Source: an uncultured virus (IMG/VR IMGVR_UViG_3300021256_000068)
Lineage: Duplodnaviria; Heunggongvirae; Uroviricota; Caudoviricetes
Length of the DNA: 64,000 nucleotides
IMG/VR virus record: IMGVR_UViG_3300021256_000068
Direction: 5' to 3' (one strand)
Position numbers and translations under genes: made by a program. Position 1 is the first letter of the stretch. The number at the start of each line of letters is the position of its first letter. The notes beneath the pieces are model-generated. The model was given only the letters and a program-made list of their open reading frames with translations. It was not told the DNA's origin and made no database searches. Shown one piece after another: positions 17,972-27,047 of the stretch.

Positions 17972-18157
17972 GTGATAATATTGAAAGCAAAGAATTTAAT
18001 TAAGATTTTAAATCGTGAAAAGGATGCTGAAATAACAATTTGCGGCAAACCTATCAGCGGCTTCAATATTACTTACTCTTGTGATTCAAATGGAGATTGG
18101 TATATTAATTTAGAACCAAAAGATGATTCACAAGAAGAAAAAATTATTAAAAAATAG
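17972..18157 (+). CDS. Hypothetical protein
   Basis: ~60-aa ORF after a promoter. Confidence 0.55.
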   Translation: MIILKAKNLIKILNREKDAEITICGKPISGFNITYSCDSNGDWYINLEPKDDSQEEKIIKK

Positions 18158-18168
18158 TCAAAAACTTC

Positions 18169-18197
18169 TTGACAATATAGAAAAAATTTTATATAAT
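18169..18197 (+). promoter_or_regulatory. Sigma-A-type promoter followed by a ~200-nt leader
   Basis: TTGACA-17 nt-TATAAT. Confidence 0.8.
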
Positions 18198-18402
18198 AAT
18201 AATGTAAATAAGAAAAAGAAAAAGTTTGACCTAAGCAAGTCGTTAAACTGTTAGATAATAACATACTCACGAAGCCTCTGTTGTTATTGGGAAAATGATA
18301 GTCGTTCCTTAAAGTATTATCAAGTGCGCACACAGACGGAAATATATAGTGAAATTACTATATTAACCTCAAAGAAAATCATTAAGAAAAATTAAGAAAA
18401 GG

Positions 18403-18702
18403 ATGTATTTACAAATGGAAAACGAAGTAAAAGTAACAAAATCAAATAAGGCAACTGAGATTAAGTACACTGATGGTGAATTAGCAGCTATTGCTAAGTT
18501 ACAAGCTGAAGCAGTAGGTGTTGAAAATGCTAAGACTTACTCTGAATTAGGTTTAACTTCTGCAGTTTTAACTTCTTTAGTTAAAAAGGCTACTGACGAA
18601 AGACCAATGGCTGAAGGCTTCACAAGAGCTAACGTTTGCAAGGTTGACGTTGAGAGAGAAATCACTGAAGTTAAGACTTTCAAGGGTTATTTCATCGACT
18701 AA
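18403..18702 (+). CDS. Hypothetical protein, codon usage of a highly expressed gene
   Basis: AAG/TTC/ATC/AAC-rich codons; followed by hairpin at 18729-18760; start may be 18415. Confidence 0.75.
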   Translation: MYLQMENEVKVTKSNKATEIKYTDGELAAIAKLQAEAVGVENAKTYSELGLTSAVLTSLVKKATDERPMAEGFTRANVCKVDVEREITEVKTFKGYFID

Positions 18703-18821
18703 TTAGTCCATCATTCTAATAGATTAATAAGAGTTGACACCTTTTACTCCGTCAACTCTTCACTAAATCTATTTAAAAATTAAATCAATAAATTAAAATT
18801 TTTAGTTGCAAGGGAGAAATA

Positions 18822-19268
18822 ATGGAAGAAGTAAAACAATCACTTGCTTTTAAAGATTTCTTACATAAGTTAGAAGAACTACCATTAGAAGTAAAAGAGA
18901 AAACTAATGGCACAGCAACAATTCAACAGACAACACGTAATCAACTTCGTGAAGAAGGCGTTGCCGCATTATTAAGCGATTTAACTAATTTATATGGCGA
19001 TGAGTTCGATATTGTTGAGACTGCTGATGGAATTTGCTTTGTAGCGGAAAACGAAAAAAGTGACATCACAATCACATGAGAGCTTAAGTCTACAATTAAA
19101 TCAATTGACTATGACCCTTTTGTAGAGGCTAGCAATTATGATGAAATGCGTGCTGAAAAGGTTGCGAAGAAAGAAGCCAGAGATAAAGAAAAGGCAGAAA
19201 AAGAAGAGCTTGTAAGAATTAAAAGAGCGCAAAAGTTGGCTGAAATTGAAGCTAGAAATAATAAGTAA
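18822..19268 (+). CDS. Hypothetical protein with charged C-terminal tail (148 aa, 1 TGA)
   Basis: Reading through TGA at 19077 extends the ORF to a TAA just before a terminator. Confidence 0.75.
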
Positions 19269-19276
19269 TAAAATAT

Positions 19277-19312
19277 ACCTACATACAAACATGTGTGTAG
19301 GTTTTTATTTTT
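19277..19312 (+). terminator. Intrinsic terminator
   Basis: ACCTACATAC/GTGTGTAGGT plus T-run. Confidence 0.65.
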
Positions 19313-19345
19313 GATTTTTCTATAAAGTAAAGCTATAATATAAAT

Positions 19346-19468
19346 GGGTAAGAAAAAAATTAAAGAGGTGAACAATAAAATGTCAAAAAAATTAAACGAT
19401 TGGCTTGATGAATTCGTTGAGAATGGTGCTAGTCCTAATAGAGTAACTGAATGGCCAGATGAGGCTGG
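19346..19468 (+). repeat. ~120-nt dispersed repeat (UTR, SD and N-terminal module); second copy at ~20808-20930
   Basis: Shared GGGTAAGAAAAAAA..AAAGAGGTGAA.AATAAA...TTCGTTGAGAATGGTGCT...AGTAACTGAATGGCC. Confidence 0.75.
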
Positions 19469-19919
19469 AAGAGGTGGCACAACTGTAGTTGCTAATCCAG
19501 AATTAGAAGGAACTGAACCTGACCTAACAGGTCTAGAAGTCGATGGTACTAAGTATAAAGTACCTGTTCCTCCTACTCCTGTAGCTACTAAGCTTTATAC
19601 ACATATGTATGGTGTAAAGGGTAATGATAGAAATATGGTATTTACTTTATTAAGAAGTGATGACACAGAACTTACTGTACAAGAAGTTATAGATAAATTA
19701 CAATCTTTAGGTTGTGCTTATTATGGTGTTGGAAATAAGGAAGCTTCAATAATGTATCCAGCAAGTGGAATAGATTATGGTAATAAACAAATTATTGGTG
19801 TATCAGTTAGTGAAGAATATGGACAAAAGCAATTAGTTTTTATAGATAGTGATTTTAATCCATCAACAACTCTTGCTTCAGCACTATCATTTGATATACA
19901 CGTTGTAGCACAATTATAA
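19380..19919 (+). CDS. LNxWLDEF-module protein 1, putative virion surface protein
   Basis: MSKKLNDWLDEFVENGASPNRVTEWP shared with three other full genes; VVANP...LTGLEVDGTKY segment. Confidence 0.75.
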   Translation: MSKKLNDWLDEFVENGASPNRVTEWPDEAGRGGTTVVANPELEGTEPDLTGLEVDGTKYKVPVPPTPVATKLYTHMYGVKGNDRNMVFTLLRSDDTELTVQEVIDKLQSLGCAYYGVGNKEASIMYPASGIDYGNKQIIGVSVSEEYGQKQLVFIDSDFNPSTTLASALSFDIHVVAQL

Positions 19920-19921
19920 TA

Positions 19922-20629
19922 ATGAGTAATGTCTTGCACTGTTGGGATACTTCGGTAATTAACTTAGCTAATTTATTTAAAAATATAGTATATAAAAGAA
20001 TTAATGTTTCAAGTGATATAACTATAATATCAATAATGAATTTACCTTGTTATAATAATTCATTTTTAGTCAAGCAATCTATTAATAGTAATTTTAAATT
20101 ACTTGTTCCAGATGATGCTTTAAATGTATCTAGTAATGATTGGACTAATATTTTGAAAATTAAATGCTTAGTCGATGCCTTGCCAAAAGTTAAAACTAAG
20201 TATGTTCTTGTATTAGATGGAAAAGATACAGTATTAGTTAATGATTTGAATAATGATTTTATAGCTAATTTCATTAATACTAAATGTGATTTAATATTTA
20301 ATAAGCAAATTATCAAGTATCCTAATATTAAGTTTGATGGTGAAAAAGAGTTTAATTATATTAATGCTGGAGTATGTTTTGGTTATACAGATATTGTATA
20401 TGAGTTTTATAAAGAATGTGAAGATTTATCTTCACGAGAAACTTATATATCAGAATATACTAATAAACCAAGTGAGCAATATATTGTGAGAAAGGTTGCA
20501 TCAAAAACTAAATTAAATGTAGGTATAGATGAACATTACATATTATTCAGTACAAGAGAATGCTTTGGTCAATGTTCAGAATATTTAAATACAAATTATA
20601 AGGATACTAAAGTAGACAAAACAGAATAG
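19922..20629 (+). CDS. Glycosyltransferase-like protein (PLOD/GT-A-type motifs)
   Basis: KYVLVLDGKDTV, YINAGVCFG, SEQYI. Confidence 0.65.
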   Translation: MSNVLHCWDTSVINLANLFKNIVYKRINVSSDITIISIMNLPCYNNSFLVKQSINSNFKLLVPDDALNVSSNDWTNILKIKCLVDALPKVKTKYVLVLDGKDTVLVNDLNNDFIANFINTKCDLIFNKQIIKYPNIKFDGEKEFNYINAGVCFGYTDIVYEFYKECEDLSSRETYISEYTNKPSEQYIVRKVASKTKLNVGIDEHYILFSTRECFGQCSEYLNTNYKDTKVDKTE

Positions 20630-20760
20630 TTAGAAGATTGCCTTTCTTCATAGATTATTTAGATGAATTAAATATATCTTATGAGGAAGCAAATAAGTAT
20701 AAAAACGAATTAATTCAATTAATGAATAAAAATTTTGAATGTAAACTAGAAGAAAAATAA
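20611..20760 (+). pseudogene. Out-of-frame copy of the GT C-terminal module
   Basis: RRLPFFIDYLDELNISYEEANKYKNELIQLMN matches the C-termini of the genes at 21678 and 22288; no own start. Confidence 0.65.
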
Positions 20761-20841
20761 CATTTCCCCATTTGAAAAAATGGGGTATTTTTATTATACT
20801 ATATTTAGGGTAAGAAAAAAAACAAAAGAGGTGAATAATAA

Positions 20842-21678
20842 ATGCCAAAACAATTAAATGAATGGCTTAACGAGTTCGTTGAGAATGGTGCTGACCCTAA
20901 GAAAGTAACTGAATGGCCTGAAGAAGCTGGTGGCGGTTCTCCAATCGAAGAAGGTACAGGAATCAAGATTACTGGTGAAGATACTAAAACAATTAGTATT
21001 GATGAAGATGTAGTTGCAAAGAAGTCTGATATAGGTAATGGAGATATTGATATATATCAAGGAGGTATTTACAAAGGAGGGTTTAAATTAAATCAAAAAG
21101 TTAATGAAAGTATTGAGTTAGATTTAGGTGCAACAGAATGCAAAGTTAGAACTCTAGGTTCAATACTAGCAGAAGGTTTTAATAAAGTAATGGTAGCTGG
21201 AATTGTTAGTTATGAGGGACTTCGTAATTTGGTAAAACAACATAGTATTGATGCCGCACTTTCAAATGATTGCTACTTACATATTTTACCTATAATAAAC
21301 AGCAACGATTTATCTAATCCTAGAGGATTATTATCTATTCATTATTGGTATAATTCTTGCGACAATTGTTATGTTATAGACATTAAAGTTGATAGTTCTT
21401 ATGGTAGTTTGTCGGGACAAACATCTATAGAGGTAGAAAATGATTTAGATTTCTTATCTGACCTAGTAGATTATTTATATGACAATTCAATTAACACTGA
21501 AGTAACTGTAAAAGGTGGAAGTGGATATGTTACTGGACCACAGAATAACACTCTTTGTGTTAATTCAATAAGGTTTGAGGAGTCTTCTTCTGACTACACA
21601 GGATACGACTCTAGGAGTGAATCAGCACTAGATACTTCTAGTATTATTAGCACCATATTTACTTCTTCTGCTTCATAA
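20842..21678 (+). CDS. LNxWLDEF-module protein 2, putative virion surface protein
   Basis: MPKQLNEWLNEFVENGADPKKVTEWP; EGTGIKI...TISID fibre-like segment. Confidence 0.75.
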   Translation: MPKQLNEWLNEFVENGADPKKVTEWPEEAGGGSPIEEGTGIKITGEDTKTISIDEDVVAKKSDIGNGDIDIYQGGIYKGGFKLNQKVNESIELDLGATECKVRTLGSILAEGFNKVMVAGIVSYEGLRNLVKQHSIDAALSNDCYLHILPIINSNDLSNPRGLLSIHYWYNSCDNCYVIDIKVDSSYGSLSGQTSIEVENDLDFLSDLVDYLYDNSINTEVTVKGGSGYVTGPQNNTLCVNSIRFEESSSDYTGYDSRSESALDTSSIISTIFTSSAS

Positions 21679-22295
21679 TGAAATATTATGTTAGAACAAC
21701 TGGTGAGAGGACTCTAGATGAGTCCTTTTCACAAATTGAATATACTCTATTAGTTGATGTTGAGCATAAAAATGGAGTTACGTTTGCTAAGTGGTTCAAA
21801 GAATATTTTTGTAAAGAAGATTGTGTTATATTAGAAGATGACATTGTTTTATGTAAAGATTTCAAATCTCGTATAGAAGAAGTTATATCTCAACATCCCG
21901 ATGATGTAGTTAATTTCTTTGAAGATATATGGAAGTATTTACCTACAATAAAGAGATTATATTTTCACCATTGTCAATGTTTATATTTTCCTAAGGAGAT
22001 TAGTCAAAAGATTGTAGACACAATAGAAAAATATAACATATCATCTTATTATAATGCAGAATTACTTAGATTATGCTTTGAGAAAATGAATTATGAGCAT
22101 CTATTGTACAGACCTTGTTTAGTTCAACACATAGGTAATAAAAGTTTAGTAGGGCATAACAATTCTAAACTAAGAAGAGGAACTTTCTACTTTATAGATT
22201 ATTTAGATAAATTAAATCTCACATATGATGAAGCAAAATATCACATATCTGAGTTAAAGAATTTAATGGAAGAGCAGTTGAGTAGATATGATTAA
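21678..22295 (+). CDS. Glycosyltransferase-like protein (GT25-like)
   Basis: VILEDDIVL, RPCLVQHIG. Confidence 0.7.
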   Translation: MKYYVRTTGERTLDESFSQIEYTLLVDVEHKNGVTFAKWFKEYFCKEDCVILEDDIVLCKDFKSRIEEVISQHPDDVVNFFEDIWKYLPTIKRLYFHHCQCLYFPKEISQKIVDTIEKYNISSYYNAELLRLCFEKMNYEHLLYRPCLVQHIGNKSLVGHNNSKLRRGTFYFIDYLDKLNLTYDEAKYHISELKNLMEEQLSRYD

Positions 22296-22920
22296 AATAT
22301 ATATTAGAACAACTAGTGAAAGAAAATTAGATGAGTCTATTAGCAGAGAATTAGGTTCTGATTATGAACTATTAATAGATTATGAGCATAAGCCTACTAA
22401 GGCATTTATTGATTCATTAAAGAAAGTCAAAGGTGAAGATGTTATCTTTTTGGAAGATGATGTTATATTATGTAGAAACTTTAAAAAGAGAATTTTTGAT
22501 GTCATACTGCATAATCAAAATAGTTTGATTAACTTTTTTACTTTTCCAACACTATACAAATTTAAAATTTTAACTCCTAGCCAATTTTGTTATAATCAAT
22601 GCACATACTATCCAAAAGATATTATTGATTTAATGTTAGATTATATCGACAAGCATATTGATATTTATGAAGAAACTTCTCCTGAAAAGGTGTGCAAAAG
22701 AATTTTTACTGAATTAAATATTTTAAGCATTACTTATAGACCTTGTTTAGTTCAACATATAGATAAAGGTAGTCTTATGAATCACAATCGACCTTCTTCT
22801 AGAAGGACTCCTTACTTCATTGATTATCTAGACGAGTTAGGAATAACCTACGAAGAAGCGAATGAGCATAAAAAGGAATTGATTCAATTAATGAATGAAA
22901 AATTTAACGAGGTGAAATAA
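22288..22920 (+). CDS. Glycosyltransferase-like protein, paralog of the preceding gene
   Basis: IFLEDDVIL, RPCLVQHID, shared C-terminal FIDYLD module. Confidence 0.7.
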   Translation: MIKIYIRTTSERKLDESISRELGSDYELLIDYEHKPTKAFIDSLKKVKGEDVIFLEDDVILCRNFKKRIFDVILHNQNSLINFFTFPTLYKFKILTPSQFCYNQCTYYPKDIIDLMLDYIDKHIDIYEETSPEKVCKRIFTELNILSITYRPCLVQHIDKGSLMNHNRPSSRRTPYFIDYLDELGITYEEANEHKKELIQLMNEKFNEVK

Positions 22921-22924
22921 TAAA

Positions 22925-22966
22925 ATGGCAAAGAAACTCAATGAATGGTTAGATGACTACTGCTAA
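22925..22966 (+). pseudogene. Truncated LNxWLDEF-module remnant
   Basis: GAGGTG SD plus MAKKLNEWLDDYC*. Confidence 0.65.
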
Positions 22967-23214
22967 TAATGCTTTATATATTTTCGGCGGCAAGAATGGT
23001 TTAAATCAAACTTTAGATACTATTTATAGATATAGAGCTGAGTAATAAAAGTCTGAGTTTTACTTTTGAAAAACTAAATATTTTCTGCTATATTAATAAT
23101 AGAAGAAAAGGATAAAGGCACGCAACTCCACAATTTTATTTATATGTAGTTTATTTTAGTTGGCTGCATAATACCTTTTCTTCTTTATTTTAATTGTAGT
23201 TTTGGAGTGGTATA

Positions 23215-23916
23215 ATGGCGAAAAATAATAAGACCGAAATGAAATTTGACTTTAACAAAGAACAAAAGGAATTGTCAAGGTTAATTCTAGAACGTAATGA
23301 CGACGGCAAAATAATTTTTTGTGAAGGAAGAGCGGGAACAGGTAAGAACTTTACTGCGATTTGAAGTTGTATTAAAAAGAAAGAAGATTTACAACACATT
23401 GAACTATACTATACACGTGCAATCGTAGGTGTAGATGATGAAGAGATAGGATTTTTACCTGGCGATGTAAAAGATAAATTTGATGAATATACCTATCCAT
23501 TGATAGATAACTTACACGCAATTGAGGAATTATCTTGCGGAACTTATAATGCTAATAGTTTAAAAGCTCAATGGCAAACTTCTCCAATTGCTTTTATAAG
23601 AGGTAGAACTTTTAACCAATCAATGTTTATTATAGATGAATGTCAAAATCTAAGCTATATGCAATTAAAAACTATTTTAACGAGAATTGGACAATATAGT
23701 ACATTTATTTTATTAGGCGATCCAGATCAAATAGATAACGTTAAACAACAAAAGAAAAAGAAAAGACGTGGTTATTGTGATTTTGAAATGGTAATGAATT
23801 GGCTAAGTAAAAAAGGTATTAGTGTAGTTCATATGACTGAAGTTAGAAGAAGCGGCATGGCTGGACAATTGAATGATTGGTTTGAAGAATTAGAAAAACA
23901 AGAAGATATGGAATAA
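23215..23916 (+). CDS. phoH: PhoH-family ATPase (TGA=Trp at codon 50)
   Basis: GRAGTGK Walker A, IGFLPGD, RGRTF, IIDECQN, LTRIG, GDPDQID. Confidence 0.9.
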
Positions 23917-23938
23917 TCCATTTTATGAGGTGATTTAA

Positions 23939-24925
23939 ATGGCGAAAAATTTAAGCAAATGGCTTGATGAATTCGCAGAAGGCGGCGCTGATGTAACAGC
24001 ACCAGAAAATTGACCACAAACTTATAACAGTTCTGAACAAGTGCAAGCGGATTGAAATCAAACAGATAATACTGCAAAAGATTTCATTAAAAATAAGCCA
24101 GAGATTCCCGCCGCACAAGTACAAGCTGATTGGAATCAAACAAACACAGAAGCAAAAGATTTTATTAAAAATAAGCCTGAAATTCCTGCCGCAGTAAGTG
24201 GTACAAATGATGGTACAAATTGAACAAGTATAACAATAGGTAATGATACTTATCCAATTCCTGCTGGTGGAGAAACAAAATATTTACACATTGTAAAACT
24301 TCGCGGCGCTAATGTTTATAGACCTGGTGGAACAAAACTTGCTCAAACTTTTGATATGGCTATTGCCTTTGTAAATAATAAATCAGCTGCATATGCAAGT
24401 AATCAAGGACATACTGCAATTTATGATTATTTAGGTGTAACTCAAGGAACAACATCTCAATTTAAGCCGCTATTATATGGTTGGGTTTGAACTCAAATGG
24501 GAGAAACAACTGTTAGTGGTTTAACATCAACAGACTCTTGGAGAATAGACCTTACTTACGTAGATAGTAATAGTAATGAAACTTATTATGGTTATAGTAC
24601 TACTCATTCACTATTGTATCAACACGGAGGCGTAGCACCTGCAGTTACAGCTTTCCCTCCAACATTACTTTTCTCTAGTGATGGAACAAAGTTTAAAGTT
24701 GTAAAAATGACTAATAGTGTTATTACTGATAGCGATAATACTGATATTACAAGTAGCGTAACTTTAACTCAAACCCCTCTAAGTTGCGGAACTTTAGGAG
24801 TTTATAGATTGTTTGAAATTCAATCTTCAGGTTATCAAATAGCTTTTAGAGGAGAATTAGCTCCATATAGCACTTATGCTGGCGATTTTACTGCATATGA
24901 TACTGTAATACAAATTAAACAGTAG
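23939..24925 (+). CDS. LNxWLDEF-module protein 3 with QADWNQTD...IKNKP fibre repeats (328 aa, TGA=Trp)
   Basis: Single frame through TGAs at 24011, 24053, 24221, 24488; internal 26-aa repeat. Confidence 0.8.
24039..24193 (+). repeat. Two 78-nt tandem coding repeats
   Basis: QVQAD[TGA]NQTDNTAKDFIKNKPEIPAA / QVQAD[TGG]NQTNTEAKDFIKNKPEIPAA. Confidence 0.9.
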
Positions 24926-24943
24926 AGCTTTTATTTCTTCTGT

Positions 24944-24970
24944 AGACCTAGAAATAGGTCTTTTATTTTA
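24944..24970 (+). terminator. Intrinsic terminator
   Basis: AGACCTA-GAAA-TAGGTCT plus T-run. Confidence 0.75.
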
Positions 24971-24990
24971 TTTTTTAATTCTATTTTTTC

Positions 24991-25019
24991 TTGACAAAAC
25001 CTCAAAATTTTTATATAAT
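24991..25019 (+). promoter_or_regulatory. Sigma-A-type promoter of the unit ending in tRNA(UCA)
   Basis: TTGACA-17 nt-TATAAT. Confidence 0.85.
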
Positions 25020-25063
25020 ATATTTGTAAATAGAAATACAAACAATAGAAAGGAAGAAATTGT

Positions 25064-25345
25064 ATGGAATTAAAAGATTTATTAGACTACGTAGAAGGAC
25101 TAGGCTCTAACTTAACTAAGATTGAGATTAAGGTTGCGGCGCAAGATGGTTCATATTTCGTCGATGAAACAAAGGAAACCTATGTTTACGAAGATGAAGC
25201 AGATGCTAATGAAAAAGTAGATGAAGTTCGTCAAAATAGCGGTTTCAAAGGCGTAGATAAGAAAGATAAGGAAGCCAAGTATAATAAAGATGGCGATATG
25301 ACTAAACCTGAAAGTCATACAGTAGTAGCAAAGTTACTACACTAA
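25064..25345 (+). CDS. Hypothetical protein
   Basis: 93-aa ORF, AAGGA SD. Confidence 0.75.
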   Translation: MELKDLLDYVEGLGSNLTKIEIKVAAQDGSYFVDETKETYVYEDEADANEKVDEVRQNSGFKGVDKKDKEAKYNKDGDMTKPESHTVVAKLLH

Positions 25346-25366
25346 TTAATTAAGGGTGGTGATGCT

Positions 25367-25726
25367 ATGGCATACGGTAGTTCTGGTATCTATTGTATCA
25401 CAAATAGTTTAACAGGTAAAAAATATATTGGACAAACAAATAATCTTGCAAAACGTAAAGTACAGCATTTATCCGCATTAAGAACTCATGTTCACGACAA
25501 TCGTCTAATGCAAGCAGACTGAGATGCGGACCCAAATGCAGAAAAACATTTTACTTTTGAAATTATTGAAAAATGTCCACAATGTAAAATGAACGAGCGA
25601 GAAAACTATTGGATTCAAGAATTAGAAACTTGGGCGCCAAATGGTTATAATATAAATTGGAAACCTGTCAATAGAGAAAAAATTAGAGAAATGAAAAAGA
25701 AAAAAGGTTACCATAAAACTCGTTAA
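25367..25726 (+). CDS. GIY-YIG endonuclease (119 aa, TGA=Trp at codon 52)
   Basis: SGIYCITNSLTGKKYIGQT, MQAD(W), ERENYWI, NGYN. Confidence 0.85.
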
Positions 25727-25743
25727 AAAAATGAAAATTGCAT

Positions 25744-25774
25744 GTAAGCGTGAGTTTTGCTCCGCTTACTTTTT
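25744..25774 (+). terminator. Terminator-like hairpin directly before tRNA(UCA)
   Basis: GTAAGCG..GAG/CTC..CGCTTAC plus T5. Confidence 0.5.
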
Positions 25775-25870
25775 AGGGGCTTAGTGTAATGGCAGCACAG
25801 AGGTCTTCAAAACCTTAGAAAGCCGAGTCCAAACCGGCTGGTGCGGGTTCGAGTCCTGCAGCCCCTGCCA
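25775..25870 (+). tRNA. UGA-decoding tRNA (anticodon TCA), Trp-type body with long variable arm
   Basis: AGGGGCT/AGCCCCT-GCCA acceptor, GAGGT-CT TCA AA-ACCTT, extra AGCCG/CGGCT arm, GGTTCGAG. Confidence 0.85.
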
Positions 25871-25873
25871 TCT

Positions 25874-25906
25874 AAAGGTTGATAAAAATATCAACCTTTT
25901 ATTTTT
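25874..25906 (+). terminator. Intrinsic terminator
   Basis: AAAGGTTGATA/TATCAACCTTT plus T-run. Confidence 0.75.
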
Positions 25907-25913
25907 ATAAATA

Positions 25914-25942
25914 TTGACAAAATCAAAAAAATTGACTACAAT
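25914..25942 (+). promoter_or_regulatory. Sigma-A-type promoter
   Basis: TTGACA-17 nt-TACAAT. Confidence 0.75.
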
Positions 25943-25976
25943 ACTATTATAAAGGAAGTATAAGGAGTAATTATAA

Positions 25977-26573
25977 ATGATAATTAAATGTTATAATGAG
26001 AAACATCCTTGGCTATTATTCCTAGATATTGAGTTTGACCAAACACAATTAGTTCAGTTTTCAGGTGCACTATTCAAAAGAATAGATGAAGATACTTATC
26101 AACTAGCATCTACTATAACTCAATATGTTACAGCATCAGTTAGTGTTTATTTTCAAGATTACACTAGAATAACTCAAGATTTTCTTGCTACTAATGGAGT
26201 TCCACTAGATAGTTTGAAAGATTTAATTTTTGGTGAAGTTCTTAAAGACATTAATATGGATGATTTAATGATTATTAGCCACGGACTTAAAAATGATAGA
26301 TTAGTATTAAAAGAAAATGGAATTAATTTTAATTATTATATAGATGCAGAAGGAAAAACAAAACCTATTGATGGCTACTGCACTTTTAATAATGCTAAAC
26401 GAATTCTTGAAAGAGAAAAGAAATTAAAACTTGAAGACATTGCGGAAGAAGCAGGCTACTATCTAAGTTGCGCGCATAATGCTTATAATGATATGTGGGC
26501 TACTGTTTCAGTATTTACATTCTTAAAGAAAATAGATTATGAAAGGAAGATGTTAAAGAATGAAAGTAATTAA
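25977..26573 (+). CDS. DEDDh-family 3'-5' exonuclease-like protein
   Basis: FLDIEFD, SHGLKND, AHNAYND. Confidence 0.75.
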   Translation: MIIKCYNEKHPWLLFLDIEFDQTQLVQFSGALFKRIDEDTYQLASTITQYVTASVSVYFQDYTRITQDFLATNGVPLDSLKDLIFGEVLKDINMDDLMIISHGLKNDRLVLKENGINFNYYIDAEGKTKPIDGYCTFNNAKRILEREKKLKLEDIAEEAGYYLSCAHNAYNDMWATVSVFTFLKKIDYERKMLKNESN

Positions 26574-27036
26574 TTTAAGCGACTTAAAAATTGAGAATTT
26601 AGAAGGAGAACATTTTACATTAGTAACTAATTTAGAATGTCCAGATTTAGATGATAGTTTAGTAAATATTGATAAGTATATTTATAACACTATAAGAAAA
26701 AATTTTGAAAATTATGTTGAAGGACATACTATTACTAAACCAATAGTGTTTGAATTCGTTGTGAATACAAGCGGCGCAAAACTTGATGAATATGATATAA
26801 AATCTATTGTTGATATCATTTTAGGTTCATTTAATCGCTTACTTGTTGAAACAGAAAGAAGAAATAGAGAGTATCGTTTTGGATTAACATATATTCCTGA
26901 TTTTAATCAAATTAAAGATACTCAACTTCATATTATGAAGATGATTAATTATAAAACTAAGTTTGATACTTTTAATGTAATTATTAAATTTGAAACAGGC
27001 GATTCAGATATATATTATTACAATCTAATTGATTAG
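26560..27036 (+). CDS. Hypothetical protein
   Basis: 158-aa ORF overlapping the upstream stop. Confidence 0.75.
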   Translation: MKVINLSDLKIENLEGEHFTLVTNLECPDLDDSLVNIDKYIYNTIRKNFENYVEGHTITKPIVFEFVVNTSGAKLDEYDIKSIVDIILGSFNRLLVETERRNREYRFGLTYIPDFNQIKDTQLHIMKMINYKTKFDTFNVIIKFETGDSDIYYYNLID

Positions 27037-27047
27037 GCGGTGAAATT

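Noticed and set aside
19311..20800. A distinct late-promoter class upstream of the module genes
   Set aside because: Both resolve to sigma-A variants (TTGATT or TTGAAA, 17 nt, TATAAT or TATACT)
25775..25870. tRNA-Sec interpretation (UCA anticodon plus long variable arm)
   Set aside because: It has a 7-bp Trp-like acceptor and canonical D-arm, no sel genes are in the window, and TGAs align with Trp rather than Cys
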